From Promethearchaeota archaeon (GTDB lineage: Archaea > Asgardarchaeota > Lokiarchaeia > Sigyniarchaeales > SOKP01), in contig JAUWGH010000001.1 of the NCBI GenBank assembly GCA_030606485.1, forward strand, positions 780,001 to 812,000: a stretch of DNA of 32,000 nt, in the 5' to 3' direction. Position 1 is the stretch's first letter; each line of letters starts with the position of its first letter. Under the pieces are notes generated by a model. The model made no database searches, was not told where the DNA came from, and saw only the letters and a list, made by a program, of their open reading frames with translations. Below, in pieces: positions 1 to 8,965 of this stretch. The translations under genes were made by a program, and so were the position numbers.

Positions 1-729
1 AAATTCTTTTCCACGCTTGATTTCTTCTATGTATAATCCAATTACGCTTGTTTGAGGGTCTTCTTTGAAGAATTCTAAGATATCAACTAAATCAATATTA
101 TTTTCATTACCCACTGATATTGATTTACCAATTTTAACAGCCCAATCATTAGCTTGCCAAAATGTGTGACATGCAATAGTTCCAGATTGACTAGCTATGG
201 AAATATTACCCCTTTCAGGGAAATAATAAATCCACATTGTATTAAAATGAGATTTTATAATCTCTGGCTGATACCAACCATTATAAATACCGAGACAATT
301 TGGGCCAATAAACCTCATATTATATTTCTTCGCAATACTATCTATCTTTTGTGAGAGTTTAGTTCCATCAAGACCAACCTCTCTGAAACCACCAGATGTG
401 ATAATTAAACGTTTTATTCCTTTTTGACCACACTCTTCCATTATTTGAGGGATGATTCTGGGTGGTAAAATAATAAATGCTAAATCAGGGGTCTCGGGCA
501 AATCTAGTATATTCTTATATGCTTTCATTCCTTGAACTTCATTTAGCCGAGGATGAATGGGGAAAATTTTCTCTTTAGGAAATCCTCCAGCAAGAATGTT
601 CCTTAATTGCATTGACCCCATTGTAGTAAGTAAATTATTATTTGCTCCAAAAATGCAAATACTCTTTGGATTCAATATAGAGTAAAGAAAATGTGATTCA
701 TTTAAGTCTTCTTCATGATTTGAAGTCAT
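1..729 (-). CDS. Acyl-CoA synthetase (NDP-forming), acetate-CoA ligase alpha-type / CoA-binding domain protein; 3' end runs off the window
   Basis: Not in the ORF track. Manual translation from ATG at 729: MTSNHEEDLNESHFLYSILNPKSICIFGANNN...IFPIHP...DLAFIILP...IITSGGFRE...RFIGPNCLG...IASQSG...SVGNE...IGLYIE. These are the typical CoA-binding and ligase motifs of the ACD/SCS-alpha family. Substrate cannot be assigned. Confidence 0.9.
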   Translation of the reverse strand, partial: MTSNHEEDLNESHFLYSILNPKSICIFGANNNLLTTMGSMQLRNILAGGFPKEKIFPIHPRLNEVQGMKAYKNILDLPETPDLAFIILPPRIIPQIMEECGQKGIKRLIITSGGFREVGLDGTKLSQKIDSIAKKYNMRFIGPNCLGIYNGWYQPEIIKSHFNTMWIYYFPERGNISIASQSGTIACHTFWQANDWAVKIGKSISVGNENNIDLVDILEFFKEDPQTSVIGLYIEEIKRGKEF

Positions 730-926
730 TAATAAAATTAATTAAAATTGATATTTAGATTTTTTTTTAATTCTAAATCCAATAATATCACAATTGTAAC
801 TGAAATTATTTATTTTTGAAAACGATATAAATAGTAGAAGAAGAGCGTATAAGATAATAAGTAAAATTTAAAAACACTTTTATAATAAAATTCCCTGAGA
901 TGTGCTCCAAAATTGTATTTCATAAA

Positions 927-981
927 CCCTCCAAGCTCATTACTAGCCTTTGGAACGAAATCCGGGGTAGAATTAGGAGGG
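927..981. other. GC-rich imperfect stem-loop in the divergent intergenic/leader region (candidate structured RNA or cis element)
   Basis: CCCTCC(927-932) pairs with GGAGGG(976-981); GGA(952-954) pairs with TCC(961-963) around loop ACGAAA; CTA/TAG and ATT/AAT pair in between. 28 of 55 nt are G/C in an otherwise very AT-rich intergenic context. Confidence 0.35.
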
Positions 982-999
982 AATAAATGTGTTTTAAGT

Positions 1000-1923
1000 A
1001 TGGATGATGTTAGCAACTTAAAATTTGAACAAGAAATATTCACGGAGATTTCATGGGGTGAGTTTTATCGTGAAGAAGGTATTGAGGATCAGATTAAAAG
1101 TTTTACCACACAAGAGTATTCATCAATTAGAGAAGATCCTGAAGAATTAACAAAGAGATTGGTAGATGTTATTTATAAAATAATGAATGAAAAGAAACTT
1201 TTTTTTGGGATTTTGGACGTTGAAGTTGATGCTTTTATGAATGAGAACGTTGCAATTAACGGATTAGAGTTAGATTATGAAACAGTAAATAGATTAATGA
1301 AAGCTCATAAACATGGAAGGGACTTAGATCTTTTTCCAGATTTAATTACTTCTTCAATTGAAAAAGAAGATAGAATAAATATAGAATTTCAGGGCAAGGC
1401 AAAAAATTTATTTCATATAATTGGAGAAAGAATTGAAGATTTAGCAGATAAAATTAGAAATGCAAAGGGATTTGGCATTGGATTGGTTGCTACCTCGAGA
1501 GGTGCTGCAAATTTTTACATTTTGACCGAAAATATTGTAATGAAAGAAGGTGAGGTAAAGGAGATGATTATTGATCAAGATAATATTGATACGGTTTTTT
1601 ACGCCATCCAGAGAGAAGTATTAGTTCCAATTTGTTGGTTTAGAATCGATATGGGTATAAGTGCGATAGAAACCTTGGAGTTATGGGAGAAAATAAAGGA
1701 GAAACCAGAATTAATTAAAGCAATAAAAAGATATGATGATTATATTCAGGCTTTAATTTATAAAAAATATAAAGCTATGTCTCAACCTCCGAGGGGTAAA
1801 GACATTAAGAAAGATTCCAATGATATAACTCCTGAAGAGAGAGAGAAGGCATTGCGAGAAATGGAGAAAACTATAGAAGTTTTAACCAACCATCTAAAAG
1901 AAGCGAGAGAAAGAGAAAAATAA
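1000..1923 (+). CDS. Hypothetical soluble protein (about 307 aa from ATG1000; frame is open from TTG913)
   Basis: Long ORF with typical codon style and a charged helical C-terminus; no family motif recognised. ATG1000 (MDDVSNLKF) is preferred over TTG913, but the start is uncertain. Confidence 0.75.
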   Translation: MDDVSNLKFEQEIFTEISWGEFYREEGIEDQIKSFTTQEYSSIREDPEELTKRLVDVIYKIMNEKKLFFGILDVEVDAFMNENVAINGLELDYETVNRLMKAHKHGRDLDLFPDLITSSIEKEDRINIEFQGKAKNLFHIIGERIEDLADKIRNAKGFGIGLVATSRGAANFYILTENIVMKEGEVKEMIIDQDNIDTVFYAIQREVLVPICWFRIDMGISAIETLELWEKIKEKPELIKAIKRYDDYIQALIYKKYKAMSQPPRGKDIKKDSNDITPEEREKALREMEKTIEVLTNHLKEAREREK

Positions 1924-1951
1924 TTTCTACATCTGTTTTTTGTATTTTTTA

Positions 1952-2263
1952 TTATTCTTTAATTATTCTAGGGGCTTTAAAAAATCCGTCTTGCTTTTCA
2001 CGTGCATTCTTTAAAGCTTCCTCTTGAGTGAGGGATTTTCCTGGAATATCTTCTCTAAAAACATTTTTTAAACCATCAATCACGTGCCTTGTGGGTTCTA
2101 CGTTTGTAGTATCAACCTCATTTAATTTTTGAAAGTAGTCTAATATATCATTTAATTGTTTTGAAAAAGTCTCCTTCTCCTCTTCGCTTAAATCAATTAA
2201 GGCTAATCTTGCGAGATGTTCGATTTTTTCTCTTGAGATTATTTTTTTGTTTTCCATTAGCAT
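1952..2263 (-). CDS. gatC: Asp-tRNA(Asn)/Glu-tRNA(Gln) amidotransferase subunit C
   Basis: ISREKIEHLARLALIDL...QLNDILDYFQKLNEVDT...VEPT...NVFREDIP...ALKNA...GFFKAPRI matches the GatC pattern along its whole length. Confidence 0.95.
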   Translation of the reverse strand: MLMENKKIISREKIEHLARLALIDLSEEEKETFSKQLNDILDYFQKLNEVDTTNVEPTRHVIDGLKNVFREDIPGKSLTQEEALKNAREKQDGFFKAPRIIKE

Positions 2264-2409
2264 TCAATAGGATTTTTTTAATAATTATCTTCCTTTTATA
2301 AGAAAAAAGATTTTGATTATTATTATTATTATTAAAATATGATTTATTATTTTTTTAGAAGGGAATATTGAAATTAAAATTAACTGATTATAAATAAATG
2401 AGATAAAAA

Positions 2410-2778
2410 ATGACTGAAAAGGATTTATGGGATGAAATTCCTTACATGGGGTATATTGCTCTTGGAAGAAGGGGTATGGAAAAAATTGAACTTACTCAAT
2501 GTTTTATTCCGGGTTGTGAAAATAAAAATATAGAGAAATTGAAGCCGATTAAAAAAGAAGAAACAGAAGATGAGGTCAAATTAGTGCAAACTTATTCCAT
2601 CCATTGTGAGGAGTGTAATAAAACATTCAAACTTTCATTTGAAACACTAAAGAAAGTAGCTAGAAAAAAGAAAAGATCTATAGATGAAAATAATGAAGAT
2701 CAAAATGAGATCCTTTCTATGGGTTTGATTTATGTCTTTGATGATAATGGAAAAAAAATGCATTTGGGTTTTTTCTAA
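2410..2778 (+). CDS. Small hypothetical protein with four Cys (CFIPGC ... CEEC), possible zinc ribbon
   Basis: 122-aa ORF with ATG start and two Cys pairs; no known family recognised. Confidence 0.7.
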   Translation: MTEKDLWDEIPYMGYIALGRRGMEKIELTQCFIPGCENKNIEKLKPIKKEETEDEVKLVQTYSIHCEECNKTFKLSFETLKKVARKKKRSIDENNEDQNEILSMGLIYVFDDNGKKMHLGFF

Positions 2779-2808
2779 GTTAAATTTTATTATTGGAGAA
2801 ATTCAAGA

Positions 2809-3519
2809 TTGAACTTTAATTATTTCTTATTTGATTTGGATAATTGCCTTGTCGAAATTCCTAACATAGGGAATTATTTCGATCAATTACTTGTAGAAAC
2901 ATTGAAGGAATTTGATGTTAAAAGAATTCCCGAATTCAATGAGAGAAAACAGATTTGGTTTGTTGGAAAACAATACATTAATTTGTTAAAATCTTGGGGC
3001 ATTAAAACCCATCAAAAATTCTGGAAAGTGCTTGATTTAAAAGATTTTAAACAACGGAAGAAATTAATTCATGATGGCAGAATTATGCTTTTTGAAGATG
3101 TTTTACAAGTTCTTAAGGAACTTTATAGATTAAATAAAAGAATGGGTATAATAAGCAATACTCCAGATAATATTATAAAATATCAATTGGATTATTTTAA
3201 AATAAAAAAATATTTTGATATTGTTGTTGGGTTAGGTGAAGATCAAACCATTTGTAAGCCAGAACCTACTGGAATAAATATTGTATTAAATTATTTCTCG
3301 GAAAACGGGCAAATTAAAAGAGAGAAAAACTTTAAAAGAATCCAATCAGAAGCAATTATGATTGGAGATTCTATAGTGGATATTATTTCTGCTAATAGAG
3401 CGAAAGTCAAATCTTGCTTAATATTAAGAAAACAACATCATTATACTGAAGAAATTAAAAGTTGGGAATACCAACCTAATTTTATTATTAATCAATTAGA
3501 TGAAATTTTAAAACTATGA
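2809..3519 (+). CDS. HAD-superfamily hydrolase (phosphoglycolate phosphatase-like)
   Basis: Motif I FDLDNCL (DxD), motif II IISN, motif III CKPEP, motif IV IGDSIVD. Confidence 0.9.
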   Translation: MNFNYFLFDLDNCLVEIPNIGNYFDQLLVETLKEFDVKRIPEFNERKQIWFVGKQYINLLKSWGIKTHQKFWKVLDLKDFKQRKKLIHDGRIMLFEDVLQVLKELYRLNKRMGIISNTPDNIIKYQLDYFKIKKYFDIVVGLGEDQTICKPEPTGINIVLNYFSENGQIKREKNFKRIQSEAIMIGDSIVDIISANRAKVKSCLILRKQHHYTEEIKSWEYQPNFIINQLDEILKL

Positions 3520-3585
3520 AAAATCCCTAATATATCAAAATTTGATAAAACAATTTTTTAAATAAATTCCTATATTAGATAAAAT

Positions 3586-4002
3586 ATGATTGACCAACTG
3601 AAAAAGAAACTTAATGAACTTGAGACAAAAAAGAGTGAAATTCAACCAAAGGTTGAGGAGTTAGCAGCAAAAAAAGAGGAAGAAATCGAAGCTGTAAATC
3701 AAAAATATTACCATTTAGTTCAAGAAGTTACTATGGACGTTGAAAAATTTGAAAAAGAAATAAATAATGGTTTTATAAACTCTTATATAGATATCGTAAT
3801 GGAAGAGATTGATACAAAGAGAAGTACAGATGAATATACAGTTACCGATAGAATTAAACAATATCGAGAAGAAATCTCAACGATAGAAATATTTCCTAAG
3901 GAATTAATTGAAAAATTAGATAAGGTAATTAGTGGGGAAGACCAGATAGAAGAGATCGCATATTATATTGATGATATTAAAAAAGAATACATTAAATCCT
4001 AG
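3586..4002 (+). CDS. Hypothetical acidic all-helical / coiled-coil protein
   Basis: 138-aa ORF with ATG start; N-terminal heptad-like K/E-rich segment. Confidence 0.7.
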   Translation: MIDQLKKKLNELETKKSEIQPKVEELAAKKEEEIEAVNQKYYHLVQEVTMDVEKFEKEINNGFINSYIDIVMEEIDTKRSTDEYTVTDRIKQYREEISTIEIFPKELIEKLDKVISGEDQIEEIAYYIDDIKKEYIKS

Positions 4003-4056
4003 ATTTTTCAAGTTATATGTTTTTTCGATTAATATTTAATTGTTTTTTATTGAGTT

Positions 4057-4620
4057 TTAAATTATTGTGGCATTAGCTTTTTGTATCGCTAAAATTTTAT
4101 AGTTTATTATAATTGTTTTATTATATAATAATCCATCTTCTAGAAATCCATAGCCTAATGCATCTTTATTAGTTATATCATCAATTCTATCTTTATCAAG
4201 ATCAACAGTTGCACTAATATTAAACGTACGGCCATATCCAACAGATTTTCCTAAGAGTTCATTATAAAATCCCAATATTAAACCATTCTCTACATTCTCA
4301 TCATACCGTGAAGAAATATTTAATGTAGCATTATACATTTGAATAACAGGATTATAATCATGATTTTCCTCTGCCCAGATGCTATAATTTAATAGAACAA
4401 GATCATATTTCTCAATTGTTTCTGTTTCTCTAGGAGTAAATGTAATAAAGATCGCAATGATCAAAATTCCGGATATAGCTAAAAAGATAAGAACCATCCA
4501 AATGCTTGTTCGGGATTTGTGATATGCGTACTTTTTAGGAGGTAATGGTTCTTCTTTATTATTATAAGTTTCTTCTTTTGATCTTTTCGGATTGCGTTTT
4601 AAATTACCCAACGTTATCAA
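4057..4620 (-). CDS. Single-pass membrane protein with an extracytoplasmic FKBP-type PPIase-like domain (divergent)
   Basis: Basic N-terminal tail, then TM IWMVLIFLAISGILIIAIFITF. After it, KYDLVLLNYSIW, GLILGFYNELLGKSVGYGRTFNIS and LLYNKTIIINYKILAI resemble the FKBP segments GDxVxINY, LIPGFEEALLGMKVGE and LAGKTLxFxVxILxI. Six N-x-S/T sequons. Confidence 0.55.
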   Translation of the reverse strand: MITLGNLKRNPKRSKEETYNNKEEPLPPKKYAYHKSRTSIWMVLIFLAISGILIIAIFITFTPRETETIEKYDLVLLNYSIWAEENHDYNPVIQMYNATLNISSRYDENVENGLILGFYNELLGKSVGYGRTFNISATVDLDKDRIDDITNKDALGYGFLEDGLLYNKTIIINYKILAIQKANATII

Positions 4621-4846
4621 TCATTAATTTAATTATCTATATTTAGAATAGAGATAAGAATTTTAAAAACTTATTTTAGAAAAATATTTTCAATTATCCT
4701 TGTTTTATTAAGAAATATTAGAGAGAGATCAATTTTTTGATCTTAATATTACACAATTGTCCCATTAAAAACATATTTTTATAAATAGAATTTCTTAATT
4801 ATGTATAAAATTGAATTTATTCATCAAACTTAATATTTGAAAGAAT

Positions 4847-6592
4847 TTGCCGACAAAAAAGAGTCTAGTTCAGAATAAGGAGTTAAATAGCAATTTACTG
4901 CGCAAGAAAATTTGGAAGATTATAAATTTGCTTGAAGCAAATCAGTTATTTGTTCATTCACGTAAAATTGAAATATCTTTCACTCCAGAGGGAAAGAAAA
5001 AAGTAGAAAAAAGAAATCTTCCGGAAATATTAACAATCTGTATGCTTAACGCAATAGCTCCCAATTCCGCAATGTTATTAATTGGTGGGCACGGGGGCGG
5101 TAAAACCTCAATCTGTAAATTATTAGGCAGAATGGTCACGGGGAAATCACTCAAAGAAATAGAAGCTTCGATAGTTCGAGGGCATCCACAACTAACGGAG
5201 GAAAAGTTAATAGGAACTTTAAAATTAGGGGAATTGATGCAAGGAAAGGAAATAGTCAGTTGGAGAAGATTTGTGATAGATTTCTGGAAAATAATTGATG
5301 AAGTGAATCGGTTGTCTCCATATGCTCAGGATATATTACTATCATTGTTAGCTGAGGGGCAAGTTAAATATTTTGACGAGGTTCAAAATATTTCAAAATT
5401 TAGTTTATATGCAACAATAAATCCACAAGATGTGGGAACTTTTGAATTATCGGAACCTTTTTTAGATAGGTTTGGTATATCAGTTCAAATTTCCATGCCA
5501 ACAAGTCATGATCTTCAAATTATATTAAAAGGTAAAGATGAAAAATATAGTGGTTACGATGAGCTTGTTCAAGTGCCCCAGGTATTAACACTTGACGATC
5601 TTATGGAGATTTGGTACCAAGTTGATAAGATAGATTTCACTACAGATGCTAATAATATCATTCATGCAATAATTCGTGAGTTTACTTTATGTATGCGAAT
5701 TGATAAAGGAAATATTGAGGAATTAAAACCAGGTGAAGGTTTATGTTCCGGTTGTCATTTTAACACGAAGGTAAATATTTGTAATAAGGTTTCTTCAATA
5801 TTAAGCGTTAGAGTAGCAAAAGATCTTCTGAGATATTCAAAAGCATTGGCATGGTTATTGGGTTTAAATAAAATAGTGCTTCCTTTAGTGGTAAATATTG
5901 CACCATATGTGATTTCACATAGAGTTGATTTTACTGATAGAGAATTGAATGCTAGTCCATATTATGGAAATAAATTATATTATACAAAAGATTTGATTGA
6001 TAATGTTAGAAAGAGATATTTAAAGCGAAAAGAGGCTTATGATGTTTTAGATAAATTTAGATTAGGCGAAGGTTCAGAAACCGATTTGCAGACATTAAAG
6101 AAATATGTTAATAATGATTTAATAGTGAAACTAGATTTAGACCCATTAATTAAGACATTAAATAATAAAAAATATGCAGAAGTTGCGAAAGAAATTACAG
6201 CTGCTTCAAAGAGAAATGATATTGAAATACTTTCTAAAATTAAAGATGATTTATTAGAAAACATTGAATTTCCAAATCGCGGGGATTTAATAAATCGTTG
6301 TAATGAAGAGTTATATAAACAAACCATAAGGGTTTTTAATTTCAAATATAAATATTGGCAAGATATATGGGCTTCAATAGCCGTAGAATTTCCTGAGTTG
6401 GATGAATTGATTAAACAGTCTTTTGAGAAACGGCAAACGAAACAAATCAGGACTAAAGATTTATTAATTGAGATAAATGTTTCTGGTACAAGTGAGAATT
6501 CAACGGTGAATTTTGGTATTTCTGGAGGATCAGATGCTTTAAAATTGAAAAAACTAATCGAAAAAGAACCTTTTATCGAGGAGAACAAATAA
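4847..6592 (+). CDS. MoxR-family AAA+ ATPase with C-terminal extension
   Basis: Walker A GGHGGGKT, Walker B IIDEVNRL, sensor-1 ATINP, EPFLDRF arginine-finger region, VSSILSVRVAKD sensor-2-like segment; directly upstream of a VWA gene. Confidence 0.9.
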   Translation: MPTKKSLVQNKELNSNLLRKKIWKIINLLEANQLFVHSRKIEISFTPEGKKKVEKRNLPEILTICMLNAIAPNSAMLLIGGHGGGKTSICKLLGRMVTGKSLKEIEASIVRGHPQLTEEKLIGTLKLGELMQGKEIVSWRRFVIDFWKIIDEVNRLSPYAQDILLSLLAEGQVKYFDEVQNISKFSLYATINPQDVGTFELSEPFLDRFGISVQISMPTSHDLQIILKGKDEKYSGYDELVQVPQVLTLDDLMEIWYQVDKIDFTTDANNIIHAIIREFTLCMRIDKGNIEELKPGEGLCSGCHFNTKVNICNKVSSILSVRVAKDLLRYSKALAWLLGLNKIVLPLVVNIAPYVISHRVDFTDRELNASPYYGNKLYYTKDLIDNVRKRYLKRKEAYDVLDKFRLGEGSETDLQTLKKYVNNDLIVKLDLDPLIKTLNNKKYAEVAKEITAASKRNDIEILSKIKDDLLENIEFPNRGDLINRCNEELYKQTIRVFNFKYKYWQDIWASIAVEFPELDELIKQSFEKRQTKQIRTKDLLIEINVSGTSENSTVNFGISGGSDALKLKKLIEKEPFIEENK

Positions 6593-8347
6593 CTGCCACC
6601 TAAATCAAAAAAGGTAAAACTCAAGAGTCGAAAAGAAGTCTCTAAAAAAATATTGCTACAAAATGAAGAAAAACTAAGAGATCTTGCAGGAATCGCATGG
6701 TCTAAGGCTTTAGAAGAATATTTTTACCCACCTTTATCAATTCCAAACTTTAAATTTGATTACACTCGTATTGAAGGGTTTTATATTGATATATCTGAAC
6801 AATGGCAAATAACTATGAATTTGGCTCAAGCACCATTGTTTATAGAAAATAATGATTATGTAAGATATTTTTTTGTTAATGCTATGCACGAAATTGGACA
6901 TTATGATCTTATTCCTTATGATGGGTTAATAAATGCACGTCTATTAAGTGCTGCAATGAAATCAGTTTCTTATATTTTTGCTCCGATTGTTGTAAATTTT
7001 TTTTCTGATTTAATTATAGATACAAAATTACATCAGAAATATCCAGAGGATATGTTATGGGAAGCACAACACACCTTTAATGAAATTATAGGTAAGAAAA
7101 AGAAAATTGCACCTTTTGCCGAATTGATCTTTAGAAGTTATGAACTCTTATGGACTCAAAAAATCGATGAAAAATATGATTTCAGGGAAGTAAATGATAC
7201 TGCAAAGAGAATTACCAAAATTATTAGGAAAAATTTTGAAGATGATTCAAAATGGGAGGAAAAAACGAGAAAAATTGCTGCAATATTGAAACCAATTGTT
7301 AATGATACATTTACGCTTATCGGAGTTGGGGCTAGATCCTGTACTGAGGGAAATACTCGTAGATTTTCTGATGATGGTAAAGGAAATATTATAGAAATGC
7401 CTGAAGAAATTGTTCAAATAATGGGAAATCCATTAGAAAATCGAAATTCAGATAGGATTAAAAGTAATAATGAGGATGCGAAAAACAGGAAAGCTGAAGA
7501 ATTTGCAAAAGAGAAAAATTTCAATGAATTTGGATCACCAGCAGTGCAAGCGGGTATTTTAAAAAATGGGGAAGTTTTAAACACATGGTATCGAGGTTTG
7601 GCTAAAGATTTAATTTCAATTAAACTATATGAGAAAAAACCAAGTGGATTAATGCCAGCATATCCAGAAACTTGGAGGATAGGGGATCCTCTAGAAGAAC
7701 TTGATGTTGTTCAAAGTTTATTGAATTATCCCAAGCTTATTCCTAATATTACTACAAAAAAGTGGGTTTCTATAGAAGGACCTGGGATTATGCAAGAAAA
7801 ACAACTTCCAGACTTAATGATCGTTTTAGATTCATCTGGTTCTATGAATTGGTCATATTCTAAAAGAATAAGTAAGAATTCAAAATCACCATATCATATT
7901 GCCTTAGTAGCTGCGTTTGCAGTATTACATTATGTTGCTAAAAAGGGGTGTAAATTTAGTGTCATTAATTTTTCAGGGAGAGCGGATATTTGTGATTGGA
8001 CATTTGATTATATCAAGGCAGAAAAAAGATTATTAAAATATCAAGGAAGTGGAACGGTTTTACCCATAAAATCTATGAAAGAATTAGCAGAGAAGGCAGA
8101 AAAGAATATTTTAATCATCTTAGTCACAGATTTTGGGTTATATAATTGGAAACCTGCAAGAAAAGGAATGTTAGAAATTTTGAATAAAGGACATAAAATT
8201 GTTGGTTTTTTTATCAGTCCATCTTTTAGACAAGATGGAGATGAACGATTTAAAGAGTTATACGATAAGGGAGCGATTTTTTATCAAATTTCAAATGTTA
8301 GTGATTTGATAGATCTAGTTATTAAAGAAGTAAAGAAAAATTATTAG
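6593..8347 (+). CDS. VWA (MIDAS) domain protein with N-terminal HExxH putative zinc-metallopeptidase region; MoxR partner
   Basis: HEIGH at 6887-6901; MIDAS DSSGS at 7829-7843 plus GSGT and VTDFG. The track starts at TTG6653, but the frame is open from CTG6593, which has GAGGAG 9 nt upstream. Confidence 0.85.
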   Translation: MPPKSKKVKLKSRKEVSKKILLQNEEKLRDLAGIAWSKALEEYFYPPLSIPNFKFDYTRIEGFYIDISEQWQITMNLAQAPLFIENNDYVRYFFVNAMHEIGHYDLIPYDGLINARLLSAAMKSVSYIFAPIVVNFFSDLIIDTKLHQKYPEDMLWEAQHTFNEIIGKKKKIAPFAELIFRSYELLWTQKIDEKYDFREVNDTAKRITKIIRKNFEDDSKWEEKTRKIAAILKPIVNDTFTLIGVGARSCTEGNTRRFSDDGKGNIIEMPEEIVQIMGNPLENRNSDRIKSNNEDAKNRKAEEFAKEKNFNEFGSPAVQAGILKNGEVLNTWYRGLAKDLISIKLYEKKPSGLMPAYPETWRIGDPLEELDVVQSLLNYPKLIPNITTKKWVSIEGPGIMQEKQLPDLMIVLDSSGSMNWSYSKRISKNSKSPYHIALVAAFAVLHYVAKKGCKFSVINFSGRADICDWTFDYIKAEKRLLKYQGSGTVLPIKSMKELAEKAEKNILIILVTDFGLYNWKPARKGMLEILNKGHKIVGFFISPSFRQDGDERFKELYDKGAIFYQISNVSDLIDLVIKEVKKNY

Positions 8348-8371
8348 GTAATATTCTGCATTTTAGAATTT

Positions 8372-8965
8372 CTACAGAAATTCTTTAAGATTAATTTGTG
8401 AGTTATCCTTTAATTCAAAATAATCAAAAAAATGAGTAGTTAGAAAAACCTTTTTATTGTTTTCTTCAATAAATTCTTTCTTTTTTAATGTTTTTATATA
8501 ATTATATGCTGAACTTCCAAATTTGGAAGAGATTTCTCTCTTACTTACATTGGGGTGTTTAAAAATCACATATGCTAATATTTTAATTTCAAATTGATTG
8601 AATAAGTCGCCGAGTGTAAATTTTTCGACTGCATTTATTATCTCTTTTTTTACGATTAATTCAAATCGTTGATCGGAATATTCTATAATTTTTAACACTG
8701 TATCAAATAATTTGTATTCTTTTTGGATATCATGGATTGCATTTATTATTCTTTCTTTTGAGGTTTTTGTTAAAATTTTTAAAAATTCTCGAATTTTAAC
8801 AGGACGTCGTGCTTGAAATAAAATGGATTCAATAGTTCTTTTAAATTCATCATATTCTAAAATTTGTCTTAAATATATTTCTGCTTTATCAATAAATGCT
8901 GAATCTTCACAATCGAAATTATTATCGCTATTATTGAATCCGTATTCAATTTGATTACTCAGCAA
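8372..8965 (-). CDS. scpB: Segregation and condensation protein B (kite, tandem winged helix), divergent
   Basis: IESILFQARRPV (cf. IEALLFxxxEPL), EIKILAYVIFKHPNVSKREI (cf. LETLAxIAYxQPxTRxEI), FLTTHFFDYFEL (cf. YxTTxxFLxxFGL). Overlaps the smc stop by 11 nt. Confidence 0.8.
   Translation of the reverse strand: MLSNQIEYGFNNSDNNFDCEDSAFIDKAEIYLRQILEYDEFKRTIESILFQARRPVKIREFLKILTKTSKERIINAIHDIQKEYKLFDTVLKIIEYSDQRFELIVKKEIINAVEKFTLGDLFNQFEIKILAYVIFKHPNVSKREISSKFGSSAYNYIKTLKKKEFIEENNKKVFLTTHFFDYFELKDNSQINLKEFL

Noticed and set aside
891-983. tRNA or fluoride-riboswitch identity for the GC-rich hairpin
   Set aside because: No cloverleaf or TTCRA T-loop on either strand. There is only loose resemblance to crcB-riboswitch words (GATG, TAAACC, AGCT), and the downstream gene is not a recognisable fluoride-related protein. 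An Infernal search would be needed.
2315-2335. (TAT)n run upstream of the 2410 gene
   Set aside because: Only about five units in AT-rich intergenic DNA; no evidence for phase variation.
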